This document shows positions 32,842 to 41,945 of a stretch of 64,000 nt of DNA, in pieces. Location of the stretch: IMG/VR virus record IMGVR_UViG_3300024239_000011, positions 372,001-436,000 of that record, one strand, 5' to 3'. Position 1 is the stretch's first letter. Each line of letters starts with the position of its first letter. The translations under genes and the position numbers were made by a program. Under the pieces are notes generated by a model. It searched no databases. It worked only from the letters and a program-made list of their open reading frames with translations, and was not told where the DNA came from.

Positions 32842-35028
32842 TTACACAATATTCCATTCGTTGCCATTCCACACCAAGGTTACAGCTTCGTAACCGTACT
32901 CAATAACCTTGGTAGCAGCGCCATCAATGGTTTCCGAGCCATTCGGTGTAATGGTGATGTTGTTGGTACCAGCATCGCCCTTACCGTCCTTGATCACGTA
33001 CACCTTACCAGCACCAGCATCGGCGCCAACCGGGAGATTGACGGCGGTTGCTTCACCGGCAGTCTTGTTGACAATGATGGTGTGGTCGGTGTTCGCAACG
33101 GTGACAGCACCAGCGGCGGTTACGATGCGAATCTTGTACTTGTCGGCGGACACGAAATTGTCGGACACCCACTTCTTGGAGACAAGGGCGTTGTTCGACA
33201 CAACATTTGCTTCGTAACCGGTCGGTGCCAGGATTTCGCCCATACCCTTCGGCTCAAGCGAAACGTCGATGTTGCTGTCAGCACCAGCAGCAGCAATCTT
33301 CACAGCGCCACCAGCAGCGGCGTTAGTGAATTCAATGCTGTTCACGCCCGAAGCGACACCAGCAAACTTAGCGATGTTTTCAGAGCCAGCGGTCTGGACG
33401 TAGATCACACCGTCAACACCGGATGCACTGTCGCCGCCACGCAGAACGATGTCACCACCAGCAGCAGCGCCGGTACCGTCACCACCTTCGAGGATCAGAT
33501 CACCCTTTTTGGTGCCGGTATTGGTACCACCACGCAGGGTAAGGGTCTGATCATCGTCAGCCTGGATTACACCATCGGTATTTGCGGCACCAATGAACAC
33601 CTGACCATTGTCCTGTGGAACAAGGCGGATGTTGACATTACCAGACCCGGCTTGGTTCTTTGCAATAAGTTGCACTTCTCCACCGGTAGAACGCTGGGTG
33701 ATTTGCATATAATCACCATCGGCATTACCAGCATTACCGAATACTTCCAGAACTTCCTTGTTGGATGCGTGACCCGAAGAACCACTGTAGAAAATGATCT
33801 TATCATTATCAGCAGAAGCTTCCACATCTACCTTGGTATCACCATCGGTATCGGTCAAGCTGTTGGTAGAAATGTCTGCCCAAGACAGCGCACCGCTAAC
33901 CACACGCAGGATTTGACCTTCGGTTCCCAGACTATCAAGACCAGTACCACCGTTTTCAACCGCCAGCACACCCGTGATCGTGGAAAGATCGTTGGTGGCA
34001 TATTCCAGTGCAGTACCTTCGGCATTTACACGAAGAACCTGATTTGCAGTACCAATTGTGGTAAGACCAGTACCACCCTTTGTGGTGGACAGAGTACCAC
34101 CAATATTATCCAGGGTCAGGTCGGCTTCATTCACGTCAATGGTCAACGCAGAAATGACCGAGCCAGTACCACCAGTCAAGGTAATCTTGGTCGAAGCAGC
34201 GGTTACATCTGCAAGAGCAGTGACGCCGGTACCACCATTTGCAACGTCGAGAGTGCCAGTGACGCCATTGTCAGCCGAGAGATCGATAGCACCCCAGGCA
34301 GCAGTACCGGAACCGTTAGAAACAAGAACCTGCCCAGAAGTAGCGGACGACTTAATAGCAAGCTTATCGCTACCATCGATGTAAACGGTTACGTCATCAA
34401 CATTTACGTCAAGAACGTTTCCAGCCTTGGAAAGACCGGCACCCGGAGTGGCAACACCAGCAGCCGAGAACTGGGTGAAGCCCAGATCGTCAGTACCAAG
34501 GACTACATTACCATCAATATTAGACAGAACCCAGCCGGTATCTGCGTTTACAGTACCTTCTTCAACGAAGACGAACATACCACCAGAAACTTCGTTGCTT
34601 GGGGTATTATCAGCATCGGTGGAACGGGTCCATGATTCGGATGCAACAACATAGATACCATTGGTCTTTGCATCGTTCTGTGCCTTAACCAGAATACGAT
34701 CACCAACCTGAAGGGTCACACCGTCAACGGTCTGAACACCAGACAAAGTGATGTCGGTAATGGTGGCAGCACGAACCGATGCCTTAATATCAAGACCCTG
34801 AACAACGGCATCAACATAATTCTTAGATGCCATCTGTTCAGCAGACAGTTCAAGGGCAGAACCATCTTCAGCGACAACGATGGCTTTACCACCATTGCCG
34901 GTCAACGAAAAGGTTTTAATAGTTTCAAGTTTAGTATCATAACTCTGAACTACATTAGTAGACAGAGCATTAGAAATGCGTGCATCAGCAAGGGTCTGAA
35001 TTACGCCAGTATTAGTGCGAAACGACAT
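32842..35028 (-). CDS. Virion fibre/structural protein (paralogue of 35787-38072)
   Basis: ASKNYVD..VQGLDIK.SVR, DGVTL.VGDR, GGTG repeats; TAAATA at 35075. Confidence 0.8.
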   Translation of the reverse strand: MSFRTNTGVIQTLADARISNALSTNVVQSYDTKLETIKTFSLTGNGGKAIVVAEDGSALELSAEQMASKNYVDAVVQGLDIKASVRAATITDITLSGVQTVDGVTLQVGDRILVKAQNDAKTNGIYVVASESWTRSTDADNTPSNEVSGGMFVFVEEGTVNADTGWVLSNIDGNVVLGTDDLGFTQFSAAGVATPGAGLSKAGNVLDVNVDDVTVYIDGSDKLAIKSSATSGQVLVSNGSGTAAWGAIDLSADNGVTGTLDVANGGTGVTALADVTAASTKITLTGGTGSVISALTIDVNEADLTLDNIGGTLSTTKGGTGLTTIGTANQVLRVNAEGTALEYATNDLSTITGVLAVENGGTGLDSLGTEGQILRVVSGALSWADISTNSLTDTDGDTKVDVEASADNDKIIFYSGSSGHASNKEVLEVFGNAGNADGDYMQITQRSTGGEVQLIAKNQAGSGNVNIRLVPQDNGQVFIGAANTDGVIQADDDQTLTLRGGTNTGTKKGDLILEGGDGTGAAAGGDIVLRGGDSASGVDGVIYVQTAGSENIAKFAGVASGVNSIEFTNAAAGGAVKIAAAGADSNIDVSLEPKGMGEILAPTGYEANVVSNNALVSKKWVSDNFVSADKYKIRIVTAAGAVTVANTDHTIIVNKTAGEATAVNLPVGADAGAGKVYVIKDGKGDAGTNNITITPNGSETIDGAATKVIEYGYEAVTLVWNGNEWNIV

Positions 35029-35132
35029 CAGTCAGCCTCCTTAAAACTCCATAGGCGTTAACTCGCCATAGTAGTATTTACCCTGTCGGAGACTTTTTTA
35101 TAACCAAACACTAGAAAAACCAAAAACGCTAC

Positions 35133-35612
35133 TTACACTACATACCAGTTAGAACCATCACACATTAACGTCACAGATTCTCTATCTTGATTTATAATTA
35201 GGGAATTTTGACCATCAATAGTTTGCCCACCCTGTCCCATGATTGTTATGGGATTAGTTGATGCTGCCCCACCCGCGTCTTTCACAATAACTTCTTTACC
35301 CGCAAGTACACTTGTATTACCCAAGGTTACAGTACGAGGACCATTTATCGAATTCATCAGAACGACTTGATCTGGCTGAGCAGTTTGGTAATCAGTATTC
35401 TTGACTTGAACAACTTTTAAGGTGCTGTCAAGCTGAACCCAAAAACCACTAATTTTCTGGTAAAAACGCGGTAGCGTCCCAGTACGGATATAGAGATCAC
35501 CGTCCGTCCCAACACCGTTCGGCGCGGTATTACCCTGATAAATCGTGGGTCCGCCCTTACCGATGCGAAACGACGAAAAGGATGTCCCTTTAAGATTATT
35601 CGTCGTTGCCAT
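35133..35612 (-). CDS. Small virion structural protein
   Basis: G.DGDLYIR motif; C-terminal VKD..G.A..N.ITI...TIDG domain shared with 32842-35028; TAAATA at 35679. Confidence 0.7.
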   Translation of the reverse strand: MATTNNLKGTSFSSFRIGKGGPTIYQGNTAPNGVGTDGDLYIRTGTLPRFYQKISGFWVQLDSTLKVVQVKNTDYQTAQPDQVVLMNSINGPRTVTLGNTSVLAGKEVIVKDAGGAASTNPITIMGQGGQTIDGQNSLIINQDRESVTLMCDGSNWYVV

Positions 35613-35741
35613 ATATCTTCCAATTCGCAAGTCAGACTTACATCTGTCGGGCATTAACCCGTCTAAACGAACCAAACTTATTTAGTCAAAGGGGACTATA
35701 CCAGGGGTCGGTGAAGTACAACAAATTAAAAGGTCAAAAGA

Positions 35742-35769
35742 AAAGCCCTGGTGTTTCCACCAGGGCTTT
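35742..35769. terminator. Intrinsic terminator
   Basis: aaagccctggtg-tttc-caccagggcttt. Confidence 0.8.
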
Positions 35770-35786
35770 CTTTGTTTAGCTGTTTA

Positions 35787-38072
35787 TTAGCTAACAGCCT
35801 TGTACTCAACGGTAACAATGGCAGAACCGCCAGCAGTCGGAGCGGTTGCAAAACCACCCAGGCTAACAGCAGCACCGGCAATATCGCTTTCAAAGTCGCC
35901 ATCGATCACATAGGTACCCGTGGAGGTAAGATCGATTTCGCTGTTGGCAGCAATAGTAACGGCACCAGCAGTGATTGCAGCATCCGTGTCGGTGCTGAAT
36001 GCAGAGGTAACCTTTACGATTACACGAGCCGCATAATACTTCTTGGTACCAACCTGCGGGACATTACCAATGGCGAAGGACTGAGCAGTACCATCAGCAG
36101 TGACCACGGTACGAATGGTGAGTTCGTCAGTAGTGGTTGCAATGGCATTGTCAACATACGACTTCGTGGCAACCGAATTGGCGTCGGTAACGACGTAACC
36201 CGATGGGACGAGAATCTGACCAGCGCCCTTCGGTGCCAGTACGATATCAACAGAGCTATCAGTGCCTTCCGCAAGCAGCTTAAGTTCACCACCAGCAGCC
36301 GAGTTCAACATCTTGAAGTAATTGACGGCGCTCGCTACACCATCGATCACCAGAACGTCTTTCTCTGCCGAATCCTGTAACTTCACTACGCCGCCGCCAG
36401 TGCCACCGGCACCACCGCGAACAATAACGTTACCGCTAGTGAAGGAGTTAACACCGTCACCGCCTTCAAGAACGAGCGAACCTGCATCCGCCGCCGAGCT
36501 ATTACCGCCCTTCAGAGTCAGATTGCTGTCATTGTCAGCCTGGATCACACCGTCGCCAGTGTCACCGATGAACACGTTACCGTTGCCCTGCGGTACCAGA
36601 CGAATATCCACGTCACCAGTGGTTGTGGAATTCTTAGCTTCAATACGGAATTCCGACTTAGCACCGGAAGTCGCATGGGTAAACTTAGCGTAAGTATCAA
36701 CGCCATCCACAGTTTCAAAATCTGCGATATGGTTGGCAGCAGTACCGTTACCACGAGCGTAGATTTCAACCTTACCAGATTCGGTAGTGTCGTTGGACAT
36801 AGTACGAACGAAAGTATACGCATCGTCCGACTTGATCTGATATGCACCATCAGTCAAAGCAGTGGTCAACGCAGTGACCTCGGAACGGGTCATCAAAGCG
36901 TTGTCAGAGGTGGAGACATAGCCAGACGGCAGCAATACTTCACCAGTACCCGGATCAAGAATAATGTCGCCAGCAACTTCCGACTTGCTGATACGCAAAT
37001 CGCCAGTAGTGGCGTCAACGTCCAAGGTAGCCTTGTTGGTCGCGGAACCACCAGTGGCTTCCACAACCACATCACCAGTAGCATTGCGCAACGAACCGAG
37101 ATAACCCCAGGCGGCATCGGCGCCCGCACCAGCGGAAACGAGAGTCTGATTTACCAGACCTTCACCCACGGCAACACTTCCGGCAGCGTTGATACGTGCA
37201 GTTACACCATCAACAACAACCTGAAGACCATTGGTAGCGTCAATGGTCAGACCCTTGGTGCTGTCAGCAACAACCTGAAGACCATTAGTGGCGTCAATCG
37301 TCAAAGCCTTGGCCGCATCAGCAACAACGGCAACGCCTGTTGCACCAACCGACAAAGCCTTGGTAGTGTCCACTACTACTTGAAGACCGCCAGTAGTGGT
37401 CAGCCCTTTATCAGCAGCGATATCAAGTTCGAGATCACCACTGGTGAATTTCAAACCGGAGTCGGTAGTAACCAGAGCAACCGCAACCTGCCCACCGGTC
37501 AGTTCGATACCATTACCAGCCGAAAGCTGACCGGCACCAGTGAACTGAGTGAAAGTGAGTTCAGTTGTTCCGATAACGATAGGATCGTTGGTAGCAAGCA
37601 CCCAACCTTCCTGGGCATGCGAACCTTCCTCGATGAAGGTGAACATACCAGCGGTAACTTCACCAGACGGGTTACCGTCCGCATCATCAGCACGACCCCA
37701 TGCATCAGAACCGACAACATAGATACCATTTTCAGTAGCATCAAGCTGCCCAATGACCAAAACTCGGTCACCCACGGTCAAGGTCACACCATCAACAGTC
37801 TGCGTACCAGACAGGGTGATGTCGGACGACGCAAGGACACGAACCGACTTCTTAACATCCAGTCCTGTTGCGACGGAATCGACATACCACTTAGAAGCGG
37901 CAGAATTCGGATCGGCAGGGTTCTGTGCAACCTGAATCTCGGCAAGATCAGTGCCATTCTTGGTAAGCTTAAAACGGTTATTCGCCGCATCCCACTCTAC
38001 GGAACCACCCTTCTTTCCGTATTGGACTGCGGACGCCACTCCGTTCAAGCCAAAATTCTTATGTGTAGCCAT
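35787..38072 (-). CDS. Virion fibre/structural protein
   Basis: Same modules as 32842-35028; 18-aa tandem repeats (VVAD..K.LTIDATNGLQ) near 37200-37420; TAAATA at 38138. Confidence 0.8.
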   Translation of the reverse strand: MATHKNFGLNGVASAVQYGKKGGSVEWDAANNRFKLTKNGTDLAEIQVAQNPADPNSAASKWYVDSVATGLDVKKSVRVLASSDITLSGTQTVDGVTLTVGDRVLVIGQLDATENGIYVVGSDAWGRADDADGNPSGEVTAGMFTFIEEGSHAQEGWVLATNDPIVIGTTELTFTQFTGAGQLSAGNGIELTGGQVAVALVTTDSGLKFTSGDLELDIAADKGLTTTGGLQVVVDTTKALSVGATGVAVVADAAKALTIDATNGLQVVADSTKGLTIDATNGLQVVVDGVTARINAAGSVAVGEGLVNQTLVSAGAGADAAWGYLGSLRNATGDVVVEATGGSATNKATLDVDATTGDLRISKSEVAGDIILDPGTGEVLLPSGYVSTSDNALMTRSEVTALTTALTDGAYQIKSDDAYTFVRTMSNDTTESGKVEIYARGNGTAANHIADFETVDGVDTYAKFTHATSGAKSEFRIEAKNSTTTGDVDIRLVPQGNGNVFIGDTGDGVIQADNDSNLTLKGGNSSAADAGSLVLEGGDGVNSFTSGNVIVRGGAGGTGGGVVKLQDSAEKDVLVIDGVASAVNYFKMLNSAAGGELKLLAEGTDSSVDIVLAPKGAGQILVPSGYVVTDANSVATKSYVDNAIATTTDELTIRTVVTADGTAQSFAIGNVPQVGTKKYYAARVIVKVTSAFSTDTDAAITAGAVTIAANSEIDLTSTGTYVIDGDFESDIAGAAVSLGGFATAPTAGGSAIVTVEYKAVS

Positions 38073-38183
38073 TGAAATTAATCTCCCTTGTTAAGCAGAA
38101 CGAACTAACGTCTAAGTGAACCTATGGAGTTCGAGATTATTTAGCATCGAACAAAAAAGACTGGGTATAATCGATATAAAACG

Positions 38184-39557
38184 TTAGACATAAGTAACGG
38201 TTACTGTGGCAGAACCGACAGTGGATGCGTTAGGATCGCAGAAAACCTTAATATCGGTGTCGCCACCAGTAGAATAGCTGTGTGCCGGGTTGGTTTCGTA
38301 TACACCAACCTCGCTTAAATCACAGTCAGCATCTCCAAGAAGACGATCATGTATTACATCATCGCCCACCAAAATTGATGGCAAAGTGCCATCAAACGCA
38401 GTCATTACTTCAACAACGACTGATGTAATACGCGACCCACTACTAACCGTAGTTGCATATATTTCGCCCGATGAAGCAGCAGTGATCGAAACAGTGATAC
38501 TTTGTGCATCAGTAACCGACGAATCTTTCGATGAAATCAGTGTCCACGATCCAGATTTCCATAGGTAAATCGCCCATTCATTATTTCCATTATTTTCCAC
38601 GAAAACTTGGCTGCCATCCGACAGACCTGTCAATGCATTTCGTGCAGTCAAATCCACAACCACAATCATACCGGATGCAGCACCGGAACCCCCAGTGGAA
38701 GCAATACCACGTTCGACCAAAATACCAGACGAAGCAGTTTCAAGTCGGATATAGATCGGACGGGCATTGTTACTTGGTTTAATATTGGTATATCCACCAG
38801 CAACCGTATCACTTAGATATATCAAATCTCCCGGTTGTCCAGGGAGATTCAATCCGGTTTCTAGTTTTCCAATAGGCTCAAACGCGAACCAGTCGAGATT
38901 CGCATTATCTACATAACTGAAACTATCTTTAACAATACCTACAACTCGCTCAGACGCATTAACATCATTTGCCTGTGCTTTCTGGTACGTGCCACTATTG
39001 GTCAACCAAATAACATCTTCCTTATTAAACCCATGGGATACCTGTCGTACTCGGACGAAACGCTTCTTCAGATTGCGCATCATGAAACGGCTCATCAAAT
39101 CTGTTTGAAATTCTTTAGGCAGAAATCCTGGGGCAACCGGCGTTAATACCGGCAAACCTTCATCATTCAATTCAAAAACAAATCCAAACCCAGTTGACCC
39201 AATACCAACACCAGAAACAGAGGGATCATTGAAAATGTTATAACGATCTACATCCTCTACCTCACAAGTCACGCTATTCATGGTCTTGCTAATTATGGAG
39301 GAAATTTGTACGGCAATGCCGCCCTCGGTGGTGGCAACCCAATCACCTACCTGAACATCCAAACCATTGTACTCAAACGGTGTTTGACTGAGATGATAGC
39401 TATGCACCTGTGGATCAACTATCATAGTTATATTCCACTTATAGTCATAGAACAGCCACGGATCGCCGGAACCATCATCATGATCCCAGGTGGCTATTGG
39501 GGTAATGTTTGTTACCTTGACGCGTAGAAGTTTTGGTGGTGTTACCGTCATGCCCAT
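38184..39557 (-). CDS. Virion structural protein
   Basis: 457 aa, beta-rich, in the late block; TAAATA at 39575. Confidence 0.7.
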   Translation of the reverse strand: MGMTVTPPKLLRVKVTNITPIATWDHDDGSGDPWLFYDYKWNITMIVDPQVHSYHLSQTPFEYNGLDVQVGDWVATTEGGIAVQISSIISKTMNSVTCEVEDVDRYNIFNDPSVSGVGIGSTGFGFVFELNDEGLPVLTPVAPGFLPKEFQTDLMSRFMMRNLKKRFVRVRQVSHGFNKEDVIWLTNSGTYQKAQANDVNASERVVGIVKDSFSYVDNANLDWFAFEPIGKLETGLNLPGQPGDLIYLSDTVAGGYTNIKPSNNARPIYIRLETASSGILVERGIASTGGSGAASGMIVVVDLTARNALTGLSDGSQVFVENNGNNEWAIYLWKSGSWTLISSKDSSVTDAQSITVSITAASSGEIYATTVSSGSRITSVVVEVMTAFDGTLPSILVGDDVIHDRLLGDADCDLSEVGVYETNPAHSYSTGGDTDIKVFCDPNASTVGSATVTVTYV

Positions 39558-39593
39558 CCCTCAACCGTTTCTCTTATTTATTCGGTAAGGGAT

Positions 39594-40865
39594 TTATTCA
39601 AATGCGTATATTGCTCCCGCATCACCATTACCATTACTGTCGCGCCGAGACGCGCCGACAATAATTTTCCCACTATCAACAATTACCGGCAGACCGAAAT
39701 AATCGTTCATAGTGCCATCTGATGCTTTTATTTTACTGACAGGTTGAATGGCACTCGGCTTCCAACGACCATAAACATTTTCATATAGATAGGCACACCC
39801 GGTACCATTGTCATTTCTCTGGGCACCCACAATCGCGATATCAACCGAAGGATCAATTGATACAGAAATGCCTTGGCTATCTACCGATGACACCGAACTA
39901 TCCGTTATCAACCCCCCGGTATTACGTGCATTTAGTATGGCACGCTGGTTCCATTGGTTTGAATTCTCGAATATATATGCACAACCACCCTCACCAACAG
40001 GGGCGCCAACAATTAGCGATGTCCCTTTTAATTCTAATGAAGTACCAAATCGTGAATTTTCAATTTCTTGGTCAGGCACCACCCGAACGGAAGACCATTG
40101 CCCAGGTGCATTTCGTGTATAGATATACACTGCACCAGAACGAACGTTCTCTTTCCATGCACCCACTGCAATACTGTTAGAATTGGATGATAATGAAATT
40201 CCAAATTCAGCACCGCTCTCAGGTACGGTCGCCGTTAATACAGTTTCAAGCGCCCATGATGCATTACTACCAGTAAACACATGAACGCGCCCGGCATTCA
40301 AACCAGACCCATCAACATCATCCCCCGGTGCGCCAATTGCGATAATGGACCCATGAAGTGAAACGGACATTCCAAACTGGGCGCCAGCTTGTTGGTCTGT
40401 ACTTACCAACCGCGCAACAGGATCAGTACCCCATATCCCATCTGTCCGTTTGAATACATATGCGGCACCACGCGAACCATTTTCCAGATATGCGCCCGCA
40501 ACAATATAATCACCATAAACGGCAACCGAATAACCAAGCTGGGCACTAGCTTCTATATACGCCCCACCCGTCAGGGTGGTGACATAATCCCAACCACCAT
40601 TAGAATATACGTATACGTAAATTGCACCCGCACCAGTATTCCCCCCAACTTCATGATTTGGGGCGCCGACCACAAGGGTCGCTTCATGTAAGGCAATAGA
40701 ACGCCCAAACTGATCCGATGCGGCGACATCCGATGCGACTATAGCTGACCCAAGCTGAGAGCAAATAAACCGAGCAATCGGTGGCGGCGGCGGATAAACA
40801 TTCGTATGAATGCCTATCTGCCCCGTCATCGTAACACTACGTAGTTGATATATTGCTTGAGACAT
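39594..40865 (-). CDS. FG-GAP repeat beta-propeller protein
   Basis: About seven FG.S..L....VGA.....GA.YVF repeats. Confidence 0.9.
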   Translation of the reverse strand: MSQAIYQLRSVTMTGQIGIHTNVYPPPPPIARFICSQLGSAIVASDVAASDQFGRSIALHEATLVVGAPNHEVGGNTGAGAIYVYVYSNGGWDYVTTLTGGAYIEASAQLGYSVAVYGDYIVAGAYLENGSRGAAYVFKRTDGIWGTDPVARLVSTDQQAGAQFGMSVSLHGSIIAIGAPGDDVDGSGLNAGRVHVFTGSNASWALETVLTATVPESGAEFGISLSSNSNSIAVGAWKENVRSGAVYIYTRNAPGQWSSVRVVPDQEIENSRFGTSLELKGTSLIVGAPVGEGGCAYIFENSNQWNQRAILNARNTGGLITDSSVSSVDSQGISVSIDPSVDIAIVGAQRNDNGTGCAYLYENVYGRWKPSAIQPVSKIKASDGTMNDYFGLPVIVDSGKIIVGASRRDSNGNGDAGAIYAFE

Positions 40866-40881
40866 CTAGTGCCCCTAAAGA

Positions 40882-41901
40882 TTAGGAAATCGGGGGTTCA
40901 ACCAGATTATCGCCACTATTCTTGGTAAGAATTGCAATACGTGATCCGCCCAGAATTTGTTTCGTCTCGTTGAAATTGTAATTTACGGGTCCAAAACAAC
41001 CAGTATAGGTTCGAGTTTGGGCAGGGGTATACATGGTAATGTCAGCTTTTTGTTCAGCAATGAACGACGTAGCCTGAACCAACGAAATCAAGTCCATTTC
41101 TTCCATGTAAATATGGCGGTCAGTACAAAGACCGAACGGGAACTTAATCACGTGAGTAATGTTTGACAAAATGTTCGGATGGTTCCAATTCATAGACATA
41201 CCGTACAGATTGTGGAAGCTCGGAGTACCAATACGGCGCTTCGGAGAAGCAAAATTTACGTCTTTTTCACGCACCACGGTCATTTCGATTTCTTGACCCG
41301 ATGAGCGCCCGGAGGTCACGTCCAACGAGAACACCGGCAGTGTACCGGTGGTCTTCATTGCACCGGTCTTCGGGTTCACTGGACGCTGAATGCAAAGCAT
41401 CGTATTACCGTCGTTCAAGGTATTGACCTTCTGGTTGGTCCACATCGCAATCACAAATCCGCGCGGAACAATGGTGTGACGATATGCATAAACATTAGTC
41501 CAACGCTTAGGTGCGTTTGCTTCAGTCCAACATGTGATGAAAGGGGTATCTGGATCAATATTATCAAATCCCGGAATCTGGCGTTCAGTACCCCAGAAAA
41601 TCTTTAACTGTTTGACATGATTTTTTGTGACGCCAGCCACAGTAATCGGTGTTACGACACCTTCAATAAGGATACGCCACTTCTGTGTTGGATCAGTTCC
41701 AATGATTGGGTCCACTGCACTAGTTGCTTCAAGAAGCACTTTGCGAGCGGTACCAGAATTTACTTCCGGAACCACGTCAGTAAACCATGTTGGTTGGGTG
41801 CCGTCTGGATGAGACGCCCCACCACGGAAATTCTGGATTATGCTATTTACCATATCCAGAGAATCGTTATTCTTGTAACTGTATTTCGTGAAACCGGGCA
41901 T
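40882..41901 (-). CDS. Virion structural protein (paralogue of 44670-46496)
   Basis: CIQRPV, VVREKD, FPFGL.T.R..Y.EEMDLI; TATAAATA at 41935-41942. Confidence 0.75.
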   Translation of the reverse strand: MPGFTKYSYKNNDSLDMVNSIIQNFRGGASHPDGTQPTWFTDVVPEVNSGTARKVLLEATSAVDPIIGTDPTQKWRILIEGVVTPITVAGVTKNHVKQLKIFWGTERQIPGFDNIDPDTPFITCWTEANAPKRWTNVYAYRHTIVPRGFVIAMWTNQKVNTLNDGNTMLCIQRPVNPKTGAMKTTGTLPVFSLDVTSGRSSGQEIEMTVVREKDVNFASPKRRIGTPSFHNLYGMSMNWNHPNILSNITHVIKFPFGLCTDRHIYMEEMDLISLVQATSFIAEQKADITMYTPAQTRTYTGCFGPVNYNFNETKQILGGSRIAILTKNSGDNLVEPPIS

Positions 41902-41945
41902 CGAAATAACTCCTACATCAGCAGACGTTTACTCTATTTATATGT

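Noticed and set aside
32435-32893. Plus-strand 152-aa ORF containing ELTAREHFIA as a real HNH gene
   Set aside because: Only 12 codons match; they are the inverted fragment of the minus-strand pseudogene
37200-37420. Tandem 54-bp repeats as a diversity-generating or phase-variable element
   Set aside because: They are degenerate coding repeats of a fibre shaft; no reverse transcriptase or invertase in the window
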